From Candidatus Zixiibacteriota bacterium (GTDB taxonomy: Bacteria > Zixibacteria > MSB-5A5 > GN15 > FEB-12), in contig JAWXAN010000060.1 in the NCBI GenBank assembly GCA_034439475.1, forward strand, positions 3,566 through 67,565: DNA of 64,000 nucleotides, written 5' to 3'. The first letter of the stretch is position 1. Every line of letters begins with the position of its first letter. The notes under the pieces are model-generated. The model saw only the letters and a program-made list of their open reading frames with translations, ran no database searches and was not told the origin of the DNA. A program made the position numbers and the translations under genes. Below, piece after piece: positions 49,362-55,669 of this stretch.

Positions 49362-49507
49362 CCCAACTTATATAATTTCCATGCTAAGCCGACAATATGC
49401 GGACTCAAGGCGGCAGAATATACGCCAAAGAAGTAAATGAGTAAAGAGAAGATTGCTCCGAGATTTATTTCAAGCATATCCCCACAAGTGCCGATACTCA
49501 TTCTATT

Positions 49508-50092
49508 ATGAAAATAATCCAACTCGCGCTCTTCATTCTCATTGTAACTGCTATCGCTGTGCAGGCATCGTCCAAGAACAATCAGACCGACTTTGACCTT
49601 GACAGCAATACCGCCTTCTACGAAGGGGAAACACACAATTACATCATTGAACCCCCTCACGGCTTTGTCATGAATACCATTGAGTCACGAGCTGAAGGGT
49701 ATTCATTTGCATTCGTTCTAAATGGAGAAAGCTACGACAGCGCAAGCATGATGATCGGTGTGCATTTCTACAGAATACGGGGAATGTCTTTTGAGCGGGC
49801 ATTGACGGTTGACACGATAAATCTCCGAACTTTTTTTGGAGCCGAGACAAAAATACAGTCCGTCGACAAAACACCCGGCGGGAATGGACAATTGCTTGTC
49901 ACATTTTCAATCGGTGATACAAGTGTGGATAGGGCGCAGGTTTTGATCGCTTATTTTGACGGCAAGACGGAAATGATTATATTTGATCTTTTGGTGACGC
50001 CAAAAATTTCCCGTTCTGATGCTTTAAAAGTATTTCTTGGGGCAGTTAAGAATTTCCGAACTTTGGCACGCAAGGAACTGAGCAAGAAGTAG
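49508..50092 (+). CDS. Hypothetical secreted protein
   Basis: ATG start and a clear signal peptide (ALFILIVTAIAVQA-SS). I recognise no family. Confidence 0.45.
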   Translation: MKIIQLALFILIVTAIAVQASSKNNQTDFDLDSNTAFYEGETHNYIIEPPHGFVMNTIESRAEGYSFAFVLNGESYDSASMMIGVHFYRIRGMSFERALTVDTINLRTFFGAETKIQSVDKTPGGNGQLLVTFSIGDTSVDRAQVLIAYFDGKTEMIIFDLLVTPKISRSDALKVFLGAVKNFRTLARKELSKK

Positions 50093-50130
50093 CAAGCAAT
50101 TTTTGCAACACTTGTACATCTCCTTATAGC

Positions 50131-50608
50131 GGTACCCGAATCAAAGCCGACGCACCAATTCGTAATTGCGAGTTTCGCTTCTTGGCGAAACACAGCAATC
50201 TCATATTTTCCGATATTCGTAGGTCAGCCCGCCGCGGCGGGCTGACGTCTTTTATCAATAAGATCACACCGTCCCGACGAACGTCGGGAGTGGGGTACCC
50301 CAAATCAAAACAAGTATCACAACATGTCGTTGCGAGGAATGCCGTCTTCGGCACGACGCGGCAATCTCAGCTCTCACAATGCTATTATTCCAGTCCGCCG
50401 CTACGGAGAATCCATCTTCATCATTTCGTGCAGGCCGTCTCTGGCCTGCACCAACAGTGAGATCACACCGTCCGCCGCGGCGGAGTGGGTACAAGAATCA
50501 AAGCAGACATTATTGTGGCTGGTGTACGTCCCCGTGCACCAGTAAACTGCTCAGATACGTCATTGGGGGGAGTCCCACTTTCTTAAGCGGGACGACGCGT
50601 CAATCCCC
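50131..50608. repeat. Mosaic array of about 10 GC-rich palindromic hairpin modules (BIME/REP-like) between convergent genes
   Basis: Perfect palindromes at 50223-50246 and 50428-50451. The gatcacaccgtcc-hairpin-ggagtgggtac modules are at 50262-50300 and 50461-50492. The tcattgNNN...caatcNC modules are at 50161-50202, 50326-50368 and 50558-50608. The GGTAC..AATCAAA motif occurs three times. Confidence 0.75.
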
Positions 50609-51519
50609 TACTCTTCCCATTCCTCCAGCATCTTTTTCTGCTTCTCTGACAAAGTTCGCGGTAAGCTAACCCTTATCTCGACATACAAATCCCCCTGCGC
50701 GCCTCCAACTGTCAATCCCTGCCCCTTGAGGCGAAGTTGCGCTCCCGGCTGGGTGCCGGACGGGATATTTAGTGTGACAGTATTGGTCAAGGTCTTGATA
50801 TTTTTCTTCGTCCCGAGCAGCGCTTCTTTGAGGCTGATTTCGGTGTGCGTGTAAATATCGTTTCCTTTTCGATCAAATAATGGGTCGGGCATAATCTGTA
50901 CCGTGATAATTAAATCTCCGTGTTCACCACCAAATATATCAGGCGCGCCTTGTCCGGCCAAGCGAATCTTGGAGCCGTCTTCGATTCCGGTTGGAATGTT
51001 TACCGCAAGTTTCCTGCCGCCCATTATCTGAATGTATTTCTTTGCCCCAAGCGCGGCTTCGGTAAAAGTTACAGATATCGTTGCGCTCGAGTCGGCGCCT
51101 TTCGCGCGTGATTGTCTGCGTCGCGCTGATTCCTCAAATCCGGTGCGGCTGCGTCCGCCAAAGAGTGACGAGAGGATATCGTCGACATTGTCAAAACCCT
51201 CAAACCCGTCGACATTAGCAGTTGACCTCCCCCCCCGGGTGGTGTTGGTCCGCGAGTAATCAAAACCCTGTCCTGGCTGACGTCCGCCGGAATCCTCGTG
51301 GGCGCCGTAGCGGCGCATCATATCGTACTCTTTGCGCTTTGTATCGTCGGATAGCGTCTCGTACGCTTCGGAGAGTTCTTTAAATTTGGCTTCCGACTGC
51401 TTAGCCCCTTTGTTGCGGTCGGGGTGATGTTTCTTGGCAAGTTTACGAAACTGCTTTTTGATTTCGTCAGCCGTAGCATTTTCGCTCACTCCGAGAACTT
51501 TGTAAAAATCAGTCGTCAC
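50608..51519 (-). CDS. DnaJ-class co-chaperone lacking the zinc-finger domain (CbpA-like)
   Basis: J domain DFYKVLGV...HHPDRN, G-rich linker, two C-terminal beta-domains and no CXXCXGXG repeats. GTG start with AAGGAG upstream. Confidence 0.8.
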   Translation of the reverse strand: MTTDFYKVLGVSENATADEIKKQFRKLAKKHHPDRNKGAKQSEAKFKELSEAYETLSDDTKRKEYDMMRRYGAHEDSGGRQPGQGFDYSRTNTTRGGRSTANVDGFEGFDNVDDILSSLFGGRSRTGFEESARRRQSRAKGADSSATISVTFTEAALGAKKYIQIMGGRKLAVNIPTGIEDGSKIRLAGQGAPDIFGGEHGDLIITVQIMPDPLFDRKGNDIYTHTEISLKEALLGTKKNIKTLTNTVTLNIPSGTQPGAQLRLKGQGLTVGGAQGDLYVEIRVSLPRTLSEKQKKMLEEWEE

Positions 51520-51568
51520 TTTTCATCAACTCCTTATGTAGCTTCTTATATACTACAAAGCTCGTCAC

Positions 51569-51600
51569 AAAAAAAGGCCGGTCGTGTTGACCGGCCTTTC
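51569..51600 (-). terminator. Rho-independent terminator after hsp20
   Basis: The minus strand reads AAAGGCCGGTC-aacac-GACCGGCCTTT followed by a T-run. Confidence 0.7.
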
Positions 51601-51629
51601 ACACAACGCGCCACGACTTGCGCGTCGGT

Positions 51630-52082
51630 TTACGATACCTTAACCTGTATCTTCCGCGGTTTCACTTCTTCACGTTTTTCAAGCGAAATCTCGAGCAGGC
51701 CATTGCTATAATCGGCTGAGATTGTATCTCGATTAACTGATTCCGGAATGGTAAAGCTCCGGGCAAATTGCCCGTAACGAAGTTCTGTGCGAATCTGTTT
51801 TTCGTCTTCTCCAGCGATTTTCCGTTCTCTTTTGCCGGAAATTGTCAAAAGATCGTCTTTTACCTTAACTGTGACATCGTCTTTACTGATACCCGAAACT
51901 TCGAGAGTGAGGACAATTTTGTCCTTAGTTTCTGTAATATTGACTCGGGGCGAATACGTGGCGGCACTCTCTGCTCGAAAGACAGGGATACCGAGGACTT
52001 CGTCGAAAACACGATCCAGTTCACTCGAGAATCCACTGCGAGTGATTCCATTTCGATACGGGGCGCATGTTTGGTTAGACAT
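51630..52082 (-). CDS. Small heat-shock protein (Hsp20 / alpha-crystallin family)
   Basis: Alpha-crystallin domain pattern (PRVNITETKDKIVLTLEVSG...F.RSFTIPE...GLLEI). AAGGAG Shine-Dalgarno. Confidence 0.9.
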   Translation of the reverse strand: MSNQTCAPYRNGITRSGFSSELDRVFDEVLGIPVFRAESAATYSPRVNITETKDKIVLTLEVSGISKDDVTVKVKDDLLTISGKRERKIAGEDEKQIRTELRYGQFARSFTIPESVNRDTISADYSNGLLEISLEKREEVKPRKIQVKVS

Positions 52083-52329
52083 TTCTTCTTCTCCTTTATT
52101 TTATTTTTCATTAGTGCCAATTCACTATGAGAAGGGTAATATCAATCAGCGTGCCAATCGATTTATCTCATTATTTGACAATACTTTAGAAGATTGATTG
52201 AAAATTATAAACGACCACGAAAGCCATTATGACAGTCCGGCAATGACATTATGGCACATGTCTGCTGCCATAAATACATACAGCTGTCATTTTGGCTGGT
52301 TGATGAGAATTAATGAAGAAAGTCTGAAG

Positions 52330-54597
52330 TTATCGTTTGGTAAGAACGTCGATGATAGCTTGACTTACGGCTGAATTGCGGAATAGAAGCTTCTGGGCGG
52401 TCGTAAGAGAGTTTTGATACTGCTTTATAGCCTCCAAAGCGTAATTATCCCCAATAGCTCCCAAAGCCTTTATTATGGCCGCTCGAAGGTCATCTTTAGA
52501 TACATTTCCGGCCGCGAGCCGGCTGAATTCAGCTTGATCCGTGAGAAGTTTTCCAAGATAGGCTCGGGCTTCTTGGCCGCCTAATTTTCCAAGTACTGTC
52601 ACGCCTTTCAGTGCGCCAGCGGAATTTCTGCTAAATAGGTCAATGAGAAGTGGAGCAGAATCCGAATTCCCGACCAGACCGACAGCGATAATAGCTGCGT
52701 CACGAATTTCCGGGGTTGTGTCATCGGCCATCAGGACCAACAAGTCTATTGCGTCTTCGCCGCCGATTTTTTCAAGCGCGCTTACGATTTCGCGTCGAAC
52801 GCGGACATCAGTATCGCTTATCCGTAAGCGAAGCGGGGTTACTCCGGCATGGTCTCGAAGTGAGCCAAGGACGAATATTGAGTTGCGGACAACATACCAT
52901 TTTCCATCGGGAAGTTCAAAGCGCAGGCAGTCCCGTTCAAACCAATGGTCGTCATTGAGAATTGCTGAAAAGACCGAGAGCGAAGCTTTACCGAGTTCCG
53001 CAAGAATCTTCAAGGCGTTCTGTCGTACCTGGCGGATTGGATGGGAAATAATCTGGGCGAGGCGGAAGGCGATTTGTTCGGAGCCAATGCCCACAAGTAT
53101 TGTTCGCAGTTTATGGGAAAGGGCATGATCGGCTTTGACCAACTCAGCAACCAAAAACTCGATAGTCTCAATTGTATTAATATGTTCATAGGCCGCCTTG
53201 ATGGTCATCGAATCGTACACAGTAACGCCATCAGAGACTTGTCTTCGATCAGCCATTGAAGAAACGAGCCGCGCCAACAGATCAAACTGAACCAGATGGC
53301 GGCATCTTTCAAAGAGTGTTGTTAAAAGCGAGGAAAACTCGAACGTCTCTTTTTTATCTTTCAGTGTTAAGCAAATCCGATTTATGAGCGATTCAAGAAT
53401 TGCCTGATCGAACTCGGCGGACAGGGTCTGAATAGCGGCTGTAAGAAGTGCGAGGCCTTTTTGGCGATAGCCTGAGTCATTTACTGTGAGCATTCCGGCA
53501 AGCCGGTCGATTATTTGTTCGGCTTTATCGCGTTGACCGATTTTCAAAAGACGGTAAAAGGCCTCCGAGAATTGTTCAACTGATGACGAGGTAGCCTTCG
53601 AGGAAAAGTAGTCTTCGATCAGTTTGTCAACCCGAGCTGACAATTCTATTTTAATATGCCCGGTATCGAGGCACGGATCCGTTTGCTTTTTAGGGATATT
53701 ACCGGCGCCATCGTGTTCGGTTTCCGGCAGAATAGCCATTCGCTGAGGATGATAGGCTATCAAAGCGCGAAGCGATTCAAAGAGGTCCTTGCGCGAGGCC
53801 TTAAGCGAGGTAGTCACATTGCCAGCCTCATCGTTTAAACTAACAAGAGCCTGGCGCAGCTGCTCGGCTTGAAGTTGGCCGACTTTCTCTGGCAGCAGAT
53901 AGCTGACAATTTCACGGTTATAATCCACACCCAAATCATACAAGTCAGCCGGATCTGCAAGTCGTAATTTAGCTAACGAAATTGGATCAACGCCGAACTG
54001 GTCCAGAGCGAGACGCTTGACCGAGAAATCTCCGTCGACTTCGCCGCGGTACTGTTTTCGTTTGTCATACAAATCAAAGGCAAGAGCGCTGTTGACTTGG
54101 ATTGTCTGTACTTTGCGGGACATGAGATGCGCGCCGAGACTGTAATTGGGATCATAAAGGGTATCCCGTTTAACAAGGCTGTCGATGAATAAAATTAGTT
54201 CATGTGTCGCCAGTGTGCGTTCGAATATCAAACTGGTCACATCGAGAATTTGTAAATACTGGAGAATCTGATTTGTGAAAATTGATTCTTTCATACTGAT
54301 ATTCATTACTGAGAGCTGGCCGCGATTGACATTGATTGTGACATGCGGTCTGTATGAGAAAAATTTTGCTAAGTCGAGAAAGGGGCGCTCGGCTGCTTTG
54401 AGCGCGAGTTGATGCTGCGCGCCGTAGATGGACATCTTCTTGCATGCCATCGACAGTTCGCGGACAAGCGAATGGGCAAGTTCGTTGAGATCGGTTTTGA
54501 GTGAGCTTTCAGTGACCGGTTTGAGTGTGTTGTTCATTCTTTTCCCAAAAACAGGCGATGCGTCCGGATTCTGTCGCGACATAAATTCGCGAGCCAT
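52330..54597 (-). CDS. Large HEAT-repeat protein of unknown function
   Basis: The C-terminal third carries PBS-lyase/HEAT-type repeats (VRREIVSALEKIGGEDAIDLL..., EIRDAAIIAVGLVG...). I do not recognise the N-terminal 450 aa. The start is uncertain (ATGs at 54597, 54582, 54537 and 54450). The first three overlap the upstream gene. Confidence 0.55.
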   Translation of the reverse strand: MAREFMSRQNPDASPVFGKRMNNTLKPVTESSLKTDLNELAHSLVRELSMACKKMSIYGAQHQLALKAAERPFLDLAKFFSYRPHVTINVNRGQLSVMNISMKESIFTNQILQYLQILDVTSLIFERTLATHELILFIDSLVKRDTLYDPNYSLGAHLMSRKVQTIQVNSALAFDLYDKRKQYRGEVDGDFSVKRLALDQFGVDPISLAKLRLADPADLYDLGVDYNREIVSYLLPEKVGQLQAEQLRQALVSLNDEAGNVTTSLKASRKDLFESLRALIAYHPQRMAILPETEHDGAGNIPKKQTDPCLDTGHIKIELSARVDKLIEDYFSSKATSSSVEQFSEAFYRLLKIGQRDKAEQIIDRLAGMLTVNDSGYRQKGLALLTAAIQTLSAEFDQAILESLINRICLTLKDKKETFEFSSLLTTLFERCRHLVQFDLLARLVSSMADRRQVSDGVTVYDSMTIKAAYEHINTIETIEFLVAELVKADHALSHKLRTILVGIGSEQIAFRLAQIISHPIRQVRQNALKILAELGKASLSVFSAILNDDHWFERDCLRFELPDGKWYVVRNSIFVLGSLRDHAGVTPLRLRISDTDVRVRREIVSALEKIGGEDAIDLLVLMADDTTPEIRDAAIIAVGLVGNSDSAPLLIDLFSRNSAGALKGVTVLGKLGGQEARAYLGKLLTDQAEFSRLAAGNVSKDDLRAAIIKALGAIGDNYALEAIKQYQNSLTTAQKLLFRNSAVSQAIIDVLTKR

Positions 54598-55669
54598 CGC
54601 TAATTGGCGCCTGCCCTATTGCTCCGGTCAATCTGTGTGTATAGATCGGAATGCCCGTTTCGGCATTAACAACAAACAGATGTCCCCCCAGCGTACCCAC
54701 TGCCACAAAATTCCCGATTGCAAGCGGCGCGGCTTTGATAACTTCGCCGGCATCAAACCGCCATTTTTCCTCGCCAGTTGCCTTGTCAAAACAAACAAGT
54801 TGTCCGCCGCTATGCCCGATGAAGACATTGTCCTTTGACAAAGCCGGAGCGCCCCAAATAGGACCGAGAACTTTGGCTCTCCAGACGATGCTTCTGGATT
54901 CCGGGTCAATGGCATAGACTTGTCCTTCAATATCTCCTGCATATACCATACCATCGACAGCGACAGCCGTTGTCAAAGGGCCGTCAGCGGTAATTTTGAA
55001 TAATTCTGTGCCGTCAGCCAACGAAAGGACATACAGAGTCCCTTTGTCTCCCGGTTGATAGATGCGGCCCTTTTCGAAGCTCGGCCCGGCAATAAAGCGC
55101 TCCTTGGCTTTGAACTTCCAAATCTGTTTACCTGTCGCCGGATCGAGCGCAGTTACCAATCCATCGACAGAACTGACAATCAGCTTGTTCTCCACTATTA
55201 TCGTCCCGGGCGCGGCATCCTTAACGGACTTTTGCCATTTGGCCTCTCCCTCGCGCATATTATAGGCTACCAGCATGTTTCTCTTATGTCCCAGGGCAAA
55301 AAATGAGAGGGTGTCATGGCTGATAAAACCGCCATGAGCCAGTCCCTTTTGTTTGACCCGACCGGAGGGTGCTCCGTCGGATAGATTGAAGAATCGAAGC
55401 CTCTTCTTGCTACTCGGATATACCAACTGGTCGCTGAAAATGGTGAGGGGCCCAATCGGCTTGTCCCCCTCTTTTTGCTCCCAGAGCAGGGACAAGTTTC
55501 CGGTAAAGGATGGGTTATCGATTCTTCCCTGTGCAGACGCATTTCCGCGGGAGTATGCCCATGGTGATTCCGACACCGACTGGTCTTGTCCCAGCTTATA
55601 TGACTTGGAACATCCGATACCCGCCGACATGAGGATAAGTGCAGCCAGCGCGGCAGTTCTTTTCTTCAT
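54509..55669 (-). CDS. PQQ-like beta-propeller lipoprotein (BamB-like)
   Basis: The ATG at 55669 overlaps the upstream stop (TAATG). Lipobox SAGIGC. Repeated G.v.ALD..TG...W propeller blades. Confidence 0.65.
   Translation of the reverse strand: MKKRTAALAALILMSAGIGCSKSYKLGQDQSVSESPWAYSRGNASAQGRIDNPSFTGNLSLLWEQKEGDKPIGPLTIFSDQLVYPSSKKRLRFFNLSDGAPSGRVKQKGLAHGGFISHDTLSFFALGHKRNMLVAYNMREGEAKWQKSVKDAAPGTIIVENKLIVSSVDGLVTALDPATGKQIWKFKAKERFIAGPSFEKGRIYQPGDKGTLYVLSLADGTELFKITADGPLTTAVAVDGMVYAGDIEGQVYAIDPESRSIVWRAKVLGPIWGAPALSKDNVFIGHSGGQLVCFDKATGEEKWRFDAGEVIKAAPLAIGNFVAVGTLGGHLFVVNAETGIPIYTHRLTGAIGQAPISDGSRIYVATESGRIACFWEKNEQHTQTGH

Noticed and set aside
49352-49660. 102-aa minus-strand ORF upstream of the AtuA-like gene
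   Set aside because: Its N-terminal two-thirds overlap the better-supported plus-strand gene (a clear signal peptide from the ATG at 49508). Only the distal 41-aa part is discussed, as a low-interest possibility.
50131-50608. CRISPR array
   Set aside because: The hairpins belong to several different sequence families. There is no constant repeat length and no regular repeat-spacer period, and no cas genes or leader are in the window. A REP/BIME-like mosaic is the better description.
52111-52139. CIRCE-like heat-shock operator upstream of hsp20 (ttagtgccaattcactatgagaagggtaa)
   Set aside because: Only the first half resembles TTAGCACTC. There is no inverted GAGTGCTAA partner after a 9-nt spacer.
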